A stretch of 64,000 nucleotides of DNA, from IMG/VR virus record IMGVR_UViG_3300037501_000255; one strand, given 5' to 3'. Origin of the DNA: a virus. Taxonomy: Duplodnaviria; Caudoviricetes. Under the pieces are notes generated by a model that saw only the letters and a list, made by a program, of their open reading frames with translations, ran no database searches and was not told where the DNA came from. Positions 1 through 9,881 of this stretch are shown piece by piece (position 1 is the stretch's first letter; the number at the start of each line of letters is the position of its first letter). Made by a program: the position numbers and the translations under genes.

Positions 1-3000
1 TAGCGATGAAGAACGTATATCACATCCCATCATTTTGACAATATTAATGTAAGATGAGATCGATGATGTGCTGCTAAAGATACATGAGTCAAATATCACA
101 GTGCCTATTGATGTTAGCGAGAATGCACCGTCAAATGTCACATTTCGAAACGTGATGACCGAGTTCGATGCCGGATTTCCAACAACAGTTCCAGATATGC
201 GCACTGAGTCTAGTATAACAGAGTTGCATGTATTATTGATTTGCAGAGATGCAATATGCGCCCGGCTCCTATTTGGCGTAGTATTGGATTCTATTCTTAT
301 ATCTGAATTTACTTCAATATTACCTACCGAACCCGAGATCAGCAGTGAGTAGTCCTTGCTTCCGGCTGAAATTGTAATTGGATAGGTTGTGTCGTTTGAT
401 ACTACCCTGAGGTTTAGGTTGTCGTCAAACGGCGTGCTGTTTATATGTTGCTCGGCAGCCTCATACGATGCAAATGTGCCAATTCTCCTGTTTGTAGTAT
501 CTAATATAAAGTCTAACTTATAATCAATTTCATTGATAAAATATCTTACATCAATTAAAGATAGTGGGTTTGGCCCGGAGCCTGTATGCGTGACTATTGC
601 CAGAGGCGCTATTCTGCCAGCATATCCGTCTATCACTTCTGCAAATGATAATTTGCCATCATATATAGTGTTGCCAATCTCTAGATATTGCAGCGTTCCT
701 AGATGCGTTGCATAAACGCAGTATGATGCAGCTGCTTGCGGAAAGAATATTGGTTGCGTTGGGATGTCTGAACGTACGCCGTTCACATACGCAGTGCCGC
801 CACGGAACAGCACCCCGTATACGTTGCTGCCCAGACCTGTAATGCTCTCGGCATCTGTGTAGTTAATTGTTATGGCATCAAATCCCGACACCACGCCATC
901 TGCCCGCAGCTCTCTTAGCGGCAACTCTGAATACGCCTGCACTACATCTTCGCGCAGTTCATCTAACCCGGTCGTACCAAACAATCGCCGATCAGTGATT
1001 GATTTGAGAGTAATTGTCCCATCAAACCACACCGAGCATAGCTCTAGCACCTCCTCTTCTAGAGAGTGCGGGTATACGTTAAGAGATATAGTGCCTGTGC
1101 CTACAATTGGGCTTTGAATTGCTATAGTTGCTGTAGCTGCGTACGATGCATCGCGCAGCGTGATTGAGCCAGAAAAATCATTAGGCACAATGTTCGCAGC
1201 ATTGCTACCGAATGCCAATGCTCTACCACCAGCTACTGCCGCAACCGTGAGTGCGTCTGTGCCTGCAGCAAAGTTATCTGAAATGTCAATTATGCGGACG
1301 CTGTTGGTAACATTTGTAACCTGTGCGTAATCCGCCCTGAGTACATATCCGGCTCTGCCCCGCACATCATAATACATTTCAACAAGTGTGTGGCTAGTAT
1401 AATTTTGAATATCATCCAGAGGCACCGCATCATGTAGCACCTCTATACTAACTCCATTTTCTGTAGTTATGCCGGCATTCTTATGAATCGTCACGCTAGA
1501 TGCGTTGACGCCGGTGATGAAATATGTGCCTAGCTCAGAAGTGTTTGTATGTGTTTTAAGGTGCAGGAGGTGCCCAACCTTCACCCCCAATGCTAGGGGG
1601 TTTTCTCCATTTGGAAATGTAAATACCTGCCCCATCACATTTGCAGTGGTGGTCAGGATAGATGCAACGTCGTATAACCTCTCGCCATTCACATAGAATG
1701 AAGCCGACTGTGTTGGGTATATTTTAATGTCGTCGACTGCAGCGCCGTAGCCGTCCAAACCAAGTACGTATAGGGTGTTTGGCGCGGAGAGGCTTGAGTC
1801 AATTTTCAAATAGTAATCGTCCGACCCTGCCCAGTTGTGCGAAAGAAGCAGCTCTTCGCCGACCTTATATGCTGCAACGGGGAATGCATTTCCATCTGTA
1901 CGATTTTGCAGTACATGATTTAATCTTTCAACTAATGAATCTATCGTCGGTGGAGACATGACCGTAAAATTACGGTCATAGTGAAGATTGTCTATCGTAA
2001 TCGTCCGACTTAATCCAGGTCCTACACCCAATTCTATTCCGAGGACGTGTGTTGGATCTATAAATCTAGTATTTAACCCCAGCGATAGTACCTTTGCTGC
2101 ATTTGAACGGGATACCTGTATACTATCAACCCTTATATCGGATTGATGTATGGTGGGGGCCATATTGCCCTTCAGTGTTGATGTGGAGCTGGGTGTAAAG
2201 ATCGCTGCATCAGCATACCCGTCATACGGGATATGCTCAGCCAGTGATATCTGGTTTGACGTAAGCGCCGGCCTTGAGCCTATGGCAGCTCTAGGCCCTA
2301 TTCCTTCAATAGTAAATACCCCAATAGCAGCAGACGGCGCAAAGAACCTCACCACATCTCCTGGTGAGATGCCGAATGCATTGACTGAATAACCATCGAA
2401 TTGCACAGTTCGTCTATCTGACAATATATATGACTGAACTGTGCTCCCGTATGTAGGTGGAAGCAGTTGTCTGTTTACACCATGCCCATTCCGTTCATTG
2501 GCAAAATTTGAAAATCCATTGGCATGCAAATCATCGCGGTGGGCGACGAAAAAAGTTTCCTCTAAGGTTTCAAGCTCACCGATTGCACCCTGCAAATCCG
2601 TGCTTGAGATTCTACTCAGCCCCGATGTGTCTAGAGAGATTGCCGACGCAGGGTGAGCTCCTATTTTGTTGGTACTAGTGTGATCAAACAGCATGTCCTT
2701 GAGGGCAAAAATCGCTTGACTTACACTCACCACATTCAGCGGCGAAATGTTGGGGGGCGGAGTGGTTGGATATGCAGTCTCTAGCAGAATCTGGTATCCG
2801 TCATGCTTAAATCCTGCACCTGAAATATGTGTTAAGAAATTTGCAAGTATTAAGTTTACATTGTTCTGTAGCGCTGCTATGTCTATATCATTCGATGCTA
2901 TTAGATTATATAGGTTCTGCGTAGAGTATACCAGATCTAGCTTCGACTCTTCTATGGCTGCCGTTGGCGCCACCATAGAATTTGTAATTGGCAGTGCGAT

Positions 3001-3234
3001 CAGACCAGCTGCAACAAGCGCTGCAGACTTAAAGGTGCCATCCGGATTTAGCACAGCATCTAGGCGATCTTTAAGAGAGCGTTCTGTTCCTTGGACATCA
3101 GTACCCAGCGTTGCCTCAATAGCAAATATGGCCTCGCGTATTGCATTTATAGCCTCACTACCTATTTCGGTAATGTTATTTGTTACTCCAGGCAACTCAG
3201 CAGCAGTGTCGAGCTTTGATGGAAATGATGACAT
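1..3234 (-). CDS. Tail fiber/spike protein, 3'-truncated by the window edge (>=1078 aa; not in the ORF track)
   Basis: Hand translation from ATG at 3234 (SD AGGTG) is open to base 1: MSSFPSKLDTAAELPGVTNNITEIGSEAINAIREAIFAIEATLG... It is a clear paralog of the 3245-7954 protein (LNPDGTFKSAALVAAGLIALPITN; IDISDNFAAG vs LEVSDNFPSG). 5 DGY. Confidence 0.85.
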   Translation of the reverse strand, partial: MSSFPSKLDTAAELPGVTNNITEIGSEAINAIREAIFAIEATLGTDVQGTERSLKDRLDAVLNPDGTFKSAALVAAGLIALPITNSMVAPTAAIEESKLDLVYSTQNLYNLIASNDIDIAALQNNVNLILANFLTHISGAGFKHDGYQILLETAYPTTPPPNISPLNVVSVSQAIFALKDMLFDHTSTNKIGAHPASAISLDTSGLSRISSTDLQGAIGELETLEETFFVAHRDDLHANGFSNFANERNGHGVNRQLLPPTYGSTVQSYILSDRRTVQFDGYSVNAFGISPGDVVRFFAPSAAIGVFTIEGIGPRAAIGSRPALTSNQISLAEHIPYDGYADAAIFTPSSTSTLKGNMAPTIHQSDIRVDSIQVSRSNAAKVLSLGLNTRFIDPTHVLGIELGVGPGLSRTITIDNLHYDRNFTVMSPPTIDSLVERLNHVLQNRTDGNAFPVAAYKVGEELLLSHNWAGSDDYYLKIDSSLSAPNTLYVLGLDGYGAAVDDIKIYPTQSASFYVNGERLYDVASILTTTANVMGQVFTFPNGENPLALGVKVGHLLHLKTHTNTSELGTYFITGVNASSVTIHKNAGITTENGVSIEVLHDAVPLDDIQNYTSHTLVEMYYDVRGRAGYVLRADYAQVTNVTNSVRIIDISDNFAAGTDALTVAAVAGGRALAFGSNAANIVPNDFSGSITLRDASYAATATIAIQSPIVGTGTISLNVYPHSLEEEVLELCSVWFDGTITLKSITDRRLFGTTGLDELREDVVQAYSELPLRELRADGVVSGFDAITINYTDAESITGLGSNVYGVLFRGGTAYVNGVRSDIPTQPIFFPQAAASYCVYATHLGTLQYLEIGNTIYDGKLSFAEVIDGYAGRIAPLAIVTHTGSGPNPLSLIDVRYFINEIDYKLDFILDTTNRRIGTFASYEAAEQHINSTPFDDNLNLRVVSNDTTYPITISAGSKDYSLLISGSVGNIEVNSDIRIESNTTPNRSRAHIASLQINNTCNSVILDSVRISGTVVGNPASNSVITFRNVTFDGAFSLTSIGTVIFDSCIFSSTSSISSYINIVKMMGCDIRSSSL

Positions 3235-3244
3235 TTATAACACC

Positions 3245-6200
3245 TTAACAATATACTAGAATACCTATATTTCCTACCTGATTAGACGCGGCCGTGGACG
3301 ATATTGTTACAAAATATTCGCGATTAGGGGATACGTATGGGTTTTCAGTAGGAGGGGTGTAAGCCGTTGCTGTAATTTGGAGTGCGCCTGTGCCGACGTT
3401 TGACACGGCGCCTGATAGTGCTATGGCCGGCGTTCCTACACCTATGTCGCGCGCCCAGAGCTGTGCGGTTAACGAAGCGTTGACTGAGCAATTAGCATAA
3501 ATCGTGCATGATACTATAGTAGATCCTATCTGTAGATTATTAAGCGGCACGGCTAAACCCGAAGTGGTGCCTGAAGAGGTGAGGTAGCGCCCGCCTGTAT
3601 TTAGTGCCCACGCACTTGTTGCAAAGGCCCCAGAGCTAGTATTGTATGAAAGCCCGTCTAATGCAGAGTACATTTGAAGAAATTCTGCATTTTTGTTATT
3701 GATTATATATACATCTTTAGTAGAATTTGATAATATTTTTCTGGCGCCGGGCGCCGCTGTATTTCCTACTATATTGCCATTCACAGATATATTTGTGAGT
3801 AGCGAGCCGCTAATATTTATTGAGGCAGTGGTTGGTGATGATGCTGAGGCGTTTATTAAATTATTGTGTATGTGTGTAGAGTGTTTTTCATTAAGTATAA
3901 CATTGCCTGTTGATATGAGATTTGAGTTAAATGTATTTCCGTATATGTTAGTACGCGTACCCGTAGAGCTATGAGGTTCGAGATACATAAGATTTATACA
4001 TGGTGATCTTGGAGATATAATGTTTCCAGCAAATACAATATTGCCATCCCCCGACACTCTTATGCCGTTTTGAGGAGCGTATGTGTCAATAATGTTATCT
4101 GCTATTAGTGCAGTGTCCTGAGAAGTGCTAGAATAGTATAGCGATAGTGAATCAGGTGTGGCCGTGGATGTTGAACTTAGAACTATATAGTTATCTGTTA
4201 TGATATCCTTAGCTGCTACCGACAGTATACTCCATGCTCCTGCCGATATATAGTTTGAGCTTATTATAGCATTAAATGATTCTATTGAATGGTAGTCGCT
4301 TAATTCTACGTAGTTATTTTGAAATATAACGTCGTAATCACCCCCAATGGAAAGTGCAACATAATTATTGATGATGTTCGTATCTGCTAGAATCATATTG
4401 CCAGATATTGATGCCGGTCCGAGCGCCTTTAGCACATAACCGTCATGTTCCCATATAATATTATTTGAGAGTATAAGGCTAGAATCGACACCATTATAGT
4501 TGATAAGGTATCCGGATGATGACGGCGGCACAGAGCAATTTGTGAATATATTTCCAGATACGGTTATTGCTGGCGTATCGAGTATAAAAGAGTATTGCAA
4601 ATCTATAGTGTCTGCTGCAGATGTTATGTCATAGAATGTATTACCTATAATTGTGCAGGAATCTAACTTACTGCCTGCTCGCAGACATGCGCCCAGGCCG
4701 CCTGCATAATTACTCGCGAATGAGTTATTGTGCACTGCAATATATGTGTGTAGACTATTGATTCCGCTCGGTGCCAAATCAATTGCCCTGTCATAAATAG
4801 ACTTGAATGTATTTGACTCAACAACAAGTCCGTTGGTTTTATTTGCAAGTATTCCATTTGAACAATTTTCGAAAACACAATCAGAGATATGTGTATTTTC
4901 GATATTCATTGAAGTTGACGCAAATGATATACCAGTATAAAGGTTATTGAAGCGGACGTTTGTTATTGCCAGATCTGCTGATATCGCAGCGCCGGCGACC
5001 TTAATTCCTATTCTATTTGCATTTGCCCATGACCCAATTGTGCCGAGTCTAATTAATTGGCAGTCTCTTATTACATTTCTATTATAACCATGCTGAAGAG
5101 CTATAATTGATGCATTGCTGTTATTTGGCAATGATAGGGTAATATTTGATATGGTGTTGTACCCATCCTGAATCGAGATACACGGGTCTGTTGCGCCAGT
5201 AAAAACTATACTTGCATAATTATTTCCAATGATTGAAGAGTTGGAGCCAGTAATGATAACGCTGTCCAGGCTTGCAGATGAATTAATTTGCAATGTACAA
5301 TTTGAACCTAAAATAATTTGCCCTGTGACCGACAGTACCCCACCTACATTTAGCGTTGCGCCATCCTGCAGGGTAATTGACGTTGCTGCGGTGTTGCCTT
5401 TTATATTGACAATACTCCTCTGTCCAACCGATAGAGTTGTAAAAGTTGCATCACCTAAAAATTCCAGCAGTTTATCCGCGGCCGTTACAAGCGCGTCTGT
5501 AGCAGCATAATCCGAGGTTATGATAAGCTTCTGTGGCAAGGCCATAGCTGGATATGAGGCGTACAGCTGTGATGCCTGAATTGAGGCAAATGAAGCAGTC
5601 GTGGTTGCGCTCAATGTGGGAACATACTTGAATGGCAAACTATTTATGAAAAATCTAGCATCACTTACTGTAGATATATTTCCAGATAGTGTTGTGAATT
5701 GAGCGATAGCAATTCTCTTTCCTGAATTGACTATGTCGCTTAGAGAATATCCTGGATACGAATCATTAAATATCTCCAGTTTAGCATTCTCATTTATTGT
5801 AAGATTCCATGTTCCATCAGAAGCGATCTTATTAAAGACATCTATAGTTACTTCTGCAAAGTCTACTAGTTTACCGGCCACAAGCGCCCTGCCACCCGCA
5901 ATCGTCAGCTCCGTTGCTGAAATATCCGTGGTTGATAGCCCACGAATAACTCCGCCAACCAATATGTCTGCGCCATATGCCGTTGCAAATTCATGAATTG
6001 CAGCTGTTGATAGCTGCTCGGCACCCACGGTACCTCTCGGTGTTTTGTCGATTGGTATTGATACTACTAGGCCGCCATCAAAATATGTACTTGCCAGCTT
6101 CATTTGCGTATCATCTATTTCATTTGAATAAAACGCAATAGAGCTTGTTATGGCTATTAGTGACGCCGATGTTACCAGGCATGTTATGTAATTAATCCCG

Positions 6201-7954
6201 TCTGCGGCATATACTTTCACCAGACCAATAAAACCTGACGGGAACGTTGTGGCGGCGCCGACGGCAGCGTTTACCGTAAGCTGCAAAGAGTTGGTGGAGC
6301 CCGTTGTCAGCTGTAGGAGTCCTGTACCTGACGGAAAATTGTCACTGACTTCCAGAATATCTATGCCAGATATTGGGGCAAGGGTAACAACATAGCGATC
6401 TACCACAGACAATTGTAAATGTGAGTCTATGATGACATCTACTGACCGTGGATTGCTGCTCGCTCCAAGGTGGGCGGTGTCTCTGTAGATAATGCAGTCA
6501 AATGTTCCCGCAGCAACTGTAGTTGCTAGATTGATTTGAGTAGATGGCGGCGGCCCTACTGCCGATATGCTATAGGTTCCTGCTGCGGCGGAGCTTGAGT
6601 GATTAAAAATATGAACCAGGTTGCCGGGCTTGAGGTCAAGTCCTCCGGCTCCAACAAGTGTGTGGAGATTTAGGATGGACGATGGTGCACTGAGCGTAAT
6701 TGTTCCACTGTATACTGTCGCTAGGGCTGTGAATTGATATCCGTCAATATATGCCTGCGTACTTAGTAGATACGGCGCTGTAATATTGTCTATGTCAGTG
6801 AATCCAAATGCATACATTGCTGAATTTATAATTGGAGACTTGACTTTAACTGTACAATCTGGGCGGGCTATATTGTGCTGAATAACAATTTCCCCATCTC
6901 CAGCATCATATGCCTGCAGTGGGAAGTGGTTCGCTGTATTTGCAAAGCTAGCATTAAGGTGTTCTACTAGAGCCTTTACTGGAAATCTATCATTAGTCGT
7001 AGGATATTGCGCCGTGTGCAAACCAGTGACCGACAGTGTTCTTGTGCTTGTACCGATTTGCACTTCGAAATCCAAACTTTGAGCAGAGGGACTTAGAGCT
7101 AACGGATTTAGATTTCGTGTTTTAATCGAGGCCGCATTGATGTGCCCTATCTTGATCTGATCCCGTCCTGCCGTAGGCTGATATCTTGATGTGACAAGTG
7201 CTGCTGCAGAAGACCCCGCCTGTCCGCCATGAGCAGAATATCCGTCACTGATGACTCCATTGCCATGCGCAGAGTCATTATGTATTCTGCGATCTTCTTG
7301 ATATGCGGTATCAATCTGGGATATTGCTCCCTGTACGTCGGTAGCTGTAATTGGACTGTCTACGTCTGGAGCATACGAGATCGCAGATGCGGGATGCTGT
7401 CCTGTAGCTGAGCTGCTTTTATGTACAAGCAGTGCGTTATATATGAATTCTAGCGCCTGCCCTACCGTTGTAATGGATGGGGCGGATTCTAGGCCGCCGG
7501 CTATATCTATATGGTATCCGTCATGGCGCTGCGCTGTGCCACTAACATGGTTTGACAAGGTTACGACCAGCGCATTATACATGGACTGTAAATATGCAAT
7601 ATCTATATCATTTGATGATATTTGATTTTGCAGTGCCTGCGTACCCACATCCAGATCTAGCTTTGACTCGCTAATCGCGGCTGCGGAACCTATCATTGCA
7701 TTGGTGATGGGCAGTGCTATGAGTCCCGCCGCTACCAGCGCAGCGGCTTTAAAAGTACCGTCGGGATTTAGTGTCTGGTCAAGGCGCGTCGTCAGGTCAG
7801 CTGCTGAGCCATGAGGGTTTATTCCCAATGTGCGCTCAATAGCAAATATCGCATCGCGTAGGGCATTAATGTGCTCTGCTGCTAGTTCCGTAGCATTATC
7901 GGCGACTGGAATTAGTTCAGCGTTAGTATCTAGCTGCCCAGGGTATTTGCTCAA
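3245..7954 (-). CDS. Tailspike/fiber with N-terminal anchor domain and C-terminal right-handed beta-helix (possible depolymerase)
   Basis: 1569 aa, TTG start with SD GGTGA. The C-terminal half has repeated parallel beta-helix rungs (ISDCVFENC, VESNTFKS, IIGNTFYD, VSGNIFTN, FAGNIIS, IYGNTFN). 5 DGY. Confidence 0.75.
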   Translation of the reverse strand: MSKYPGQLDTNAELIPVADNATELAAEHINALRDAIFAIERTLGINPHGSAADLTTRLDQTLNPDGTFKAAALVAAGLIALPITNAMIGSAAAISESKLDLDVGTQALQNQISSNDIDIAYLQSMYNALVVTLSNHVSGTAQRHDGYHIDIAGGLESAPSITTVGQALEFIYNALLVHKSSSATGQHPASAISYAPDVDSPITATDVQGAISQIDTAYQEDRRIHNDSAHGNGVISDGYSAHGGQAGSSAAALVTSRYQPTAGRDQIKIGHINAASIKTRNLNPLALSPSAQSLDFEVQIGTSTRTLSVTGLHTAQYPTTNDRFPVKALVEHLNASFANTANHFPLQAYDAGDGEIVIQHNIARPDCTVKVKSPIINSAMYAFGFTDIDNITAPYLLSTQAYIDGYQFTALATVYSGTITLSAPSSILNLHTLVGAGGLDLKPGNLVHIFNHSSSAAAGTYSISAVGPPPSTQINLATTVAAGTFDCIIYRDTAHLGASSNPRSVDVIIDSHLQLSVVDRYVVTLAPISGIDILEVSDNFPSGTGLLQLTTGSTNSLQLTVNAAVGAATTFPSGFIGLVKVYAADGINYITCLVTSASLIAITSSIAFYSNEIDDTQMKLASTYFDGGLVVSIPIDKTPRGTVGAEQLSTAAIHEFATAYGADILVGGVIRGLSTTDISATELTIAGGRALVAGKLVDFAEVTIDVFNKIASDGTWNLTINENAKLEIFNDSYPGYSLSDIVNSGKRIAIAQFTTLSGNISTVSDARFFINSLPFKYVPTLSATTTASFASIQASQLYASYPAMALPQKLIITSDYAATDALVTAADKLLEFLGDATFTTLSVGQRSIVNIKGNTAATSITLQDGATLNVGGVLSVTGQIILGSNCTLQINSSASLDSVIITGSNSSIIGNNYASIVFTGATDPCISIQDGYNTISNITLSLPNNSNASIIALQHGYNRNVIRDCQLIRLGTIGSWANANRIGIKVAGAAISADLAITNVRFNNLYTGISFASTSMNIENTHISDCVFENCSNGILANKTNGLVVESNTFKSIYDRAIDLAPSGINSLHTYIAVHNNSFASNYAGGLGACLRAGSKLDSCTIIGNTFYDITSAADTIDLQYSFILDTPAITVSGNIFTNCSVPPSSSGYLINYNGVDSSLILSNNIIWEHDGYVLKALGPASISGNMILADTNIINNYVALSIGGDYDVIFQNNYVELSDYHSIESFNAIISSNYISAGAWSILSVAAKDIITDNYIVLSSTSTATPDSLSLYYSSTSQDTALIADNIIDTYAPQNGIRVSGDGNIVFAGNIISPRSPCINLMYLEPHSSTGTRTNIYGNTFNSNLISTGNVILNEKHSTHIHNNLINASASSPTTASINISGSLLTNISVNGNIVGNTAAPGARKILSNSTKDVYIINNKNAEFLQMYSALDGLSYNTSSGAFATSAWALNTGGRYLTSSGTTSGLAVPLNNLQIGSTIVSCTIYANCSVNASLTAQLWARDIGVGTPAIALSGAVSNVGTGALQITATAYTPPTENPYVSPNREYFVTISSTAASNQVGNIGILVYC

Positions 7955-7969
7955 ATTATCACCTAAAAA

Positions 7970-8998
7970 TCAATTTGTTATGTAGAAAACGGTATCTATG
8001 CCGAAGTGCCACTCATTTAACAAATTATTAGAAGGAGTCGATACACTAAGTCCTAATCCTAGATTTGTGTTGAAAAGTGGCGGGAGAAGGGTGTAATCTA
8101 TGCCTACTCCAAGGCCGGTTTTAAGCAGACTGCCTCCGCCTACATCATCTAAATTAGGAAATAGCTGGGCATTTAGACCGAGGTTGGCATGATCTATATA
8201 TCTACCAAGATTTAGCACCTCAACTCCGATCCCGGGTCGGAAATTTGTGCTTAGCGTAGGCACTCCTAGCTGAGCGCTCATTGAAGCTATTAGTCGTGGA
8301 TGTAATATGTCAAGCAACTGCTTTTCTTTTTTACCTATATCGGCATATTCGAATTTACTGTCTACGATCTCCATCTTGCCGCCCTCAACTTCTTTAAATT
8401 TGGGCTTCCCAGTGTCATCAGTACCATCCGGAACCACTTCGCGCAGCTCGATGCGGCGTATCTGCAGCCGCCCATCTTTCCCGTACAGAACATGTCCCTT
8501 GACAGCAATGTATTGATTGTATGAGAATTGTTCATTATTCTGTGTGAATATATCTGGGTCCACTAGGTGGAATCTGTCTAGCGCATCTGTCCACTTATAC
8601 GATATGACTTGCGGCTGATCTTTTGGGGGGACGCTTCCATCAGGTGTCGGCTGAACGATTACTTCTGTCGTGCCACCGGAAATAGTATTTCTGAGCGATG
8701 CTATTGTCTTGTCCCGGCTCATTAACTTGAGCTCATACGAGTCTATGATGTCCTTCAATTTCCCAGGAAACTCATCAATCTCGTCCTTATATTTTTCATT
8801 TAACTCAGATAGCTCTAGCAGGGATGATCTTGATAGCCCCAGCTGAACATCCATCTCTTGTATTTGGGCATCGCGTGCAGTTAACTCATTTCTAATTCTA
8901 TCTAACTCACGTGTTGTTGTAAATGATAGGACCGCTAAAATAACAACTGCTATTGCCATGATTGCCATGACAATATTTTTTTTCTTACTGTCTTCCAT
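7970..8998 (-). CDS. Membrane-anchored coiled-coil protein with C-terminal amphipathic beta-strands (spanin-like)
   Basis: N-terminal TM helix (IVMAIMAIAVVILAVLSF), a ~90-aa coiled coil, then Gly/aromatic alternating strands ending WHFGIDTVFYITN. Adjacent to a holin-like gene. Confidence 0.5.
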   Translation of the reverse strand: MEDSKKKNIVMAIMAIAVVILAVLSFTTTRELDRIRNELTARDAQIQEMDVQLGLSRSSLLELSELNEKYKDEIDEFPGKLKDIIDSYELKLMSRDKTIASLRNTISGGTTEVIVQPTPDGSVPPKDQPQVISYKWTDALDRFHLVDPDIFTQNNEQFSYNQYIAVKGHVLYGKDGRLQIRRIELREVVPDGTDDTGKPKFKEVEGGKMEIVDSKFEYADIGKKEKQLLDILHPRLIASMSAQLGVPTLSTNFRPGIGVEVLNLGRYIDHANLGLNAQLFPNLDDVGGGSLLKTGLGVGIDYTLLPPLFNTNLGLGLSVSTPSNNLLNEWHFGIDTVFYITN

Positions 8999-9008
8999 AA
9001 TCTTCCTT

Positions 9009-9317
9009 TCAGTCTTTTGTCATATCTTCCGACTGAGCTGACCGGCGAGGGCGACTTACCTGTTCTATGCCGTCAAGGTCTGGGTCGGATAGGCCGGCCT
9101 TGGCAAGGACTTGTTTTTGTGCTACATTTAGACCGCAGTATAATCCGTAAATGCCTAGCATGAGACTTACATACTCTGACCCCGTCATCAGCGCTATTGC
9201 TGTGCCGGCAATGATATTTACAATCATTGGTACCCACATTAACAAGTTCGTCATGATAACCATGATCAGCGCCAGAAAGAACTTGCTGCTGGCCATTTTG
9301 AATTTGATTGTACGCAT
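9009..9317 (-). CDS. Holin-like small membrane protein
   Basis: 102 aa with two or three hydrophobic helices, an SSKFF start of the first TM, YCGLNVAQK and a charged C-terminal tail. Confidence 0.55.
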   Translation of the reverse strand: MRTIKFKMASSKFFLALIMVIMTNLLMWVPMIVNIIAGTAIALMTGSEYVSLMLGIYGLYCGLNVAQKQVLAKAGLSDPDLDGIEQVSRPRRSAQSEDMTKD

Positions 9318-9325
9318 AAGGACTC

Positions 9326-9877
9326 CTAGATCAATCTTTGCTTCAATCTGGCCGACACCACATTGCCAGACAGCACAGTACAGCCTAGAATTTCATTGCC
9401 AGCCCACACCACATGCTCGAGGGATGAGTCTGCTAGAGAAGCTCTGATTATATTATCTCCGACTATTAGATCGCAGTCTACATACGTTGAGTTTATTTGT
9501 TCATCTCCTGGGGAGCCCGCGTACCCATCTAATATTTGTCCATGACGTAAATAGGTGGTGCTGCTGAGCGCTCCAAGCAAGTTTTGTGCTTGCTGATCAT
9601 CATCGTACACATCGGATGCTGAGGTGTATTCATCAAGGCTTTTTAGATACTGGTATAGCTCTGTAAGAATTGATAATTCTGAGGCTATTGAGCCATCTAT
9701 ATGATACACCCTGGTTAATAGAGGTTCTGCGCCGGAGGTCCGAGCAGCGCTATTGAAGAAAACTTGTACTTCAAACTTTATCTCTCCGCCATTTGATCCG
9801 GTCACTTTTGTAATCTTATGATAAGCTTCTGGCATATCTATACCAAAATTAGTTGTTGTACCTGCAATTATACCCAT
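9326..9877 (-). CDS. Tail-fiber-associated protein with C-terminal extension
   Basis: N-terminal part (AYHKITKV...LYQYLKSLDEYTSASDV) is paralogous to 32839-33117 (AVHKVLE...VYNWLKTLPEYTGAADV). Both flank fiber genes. Confidence 0.55.
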   Translation of the reverse strand: MGIIAGTTTNFGIDMPEAYHKITKVTGSNGGEIKFEVQVFFNSAARTSGAEPLLTRVYHIDGSIASELSILTELYQYLKSLDEYTSASDVYDDDQQAQNLLGALSSTTYLRHGQILDGYAGSPGDEQINSTYVDCDLIVGDNIIRASLADSSLEHVVWAGNEILGCTVLSGNVVSARLKQRLI

Positions 9878-9881
9878 ATTT

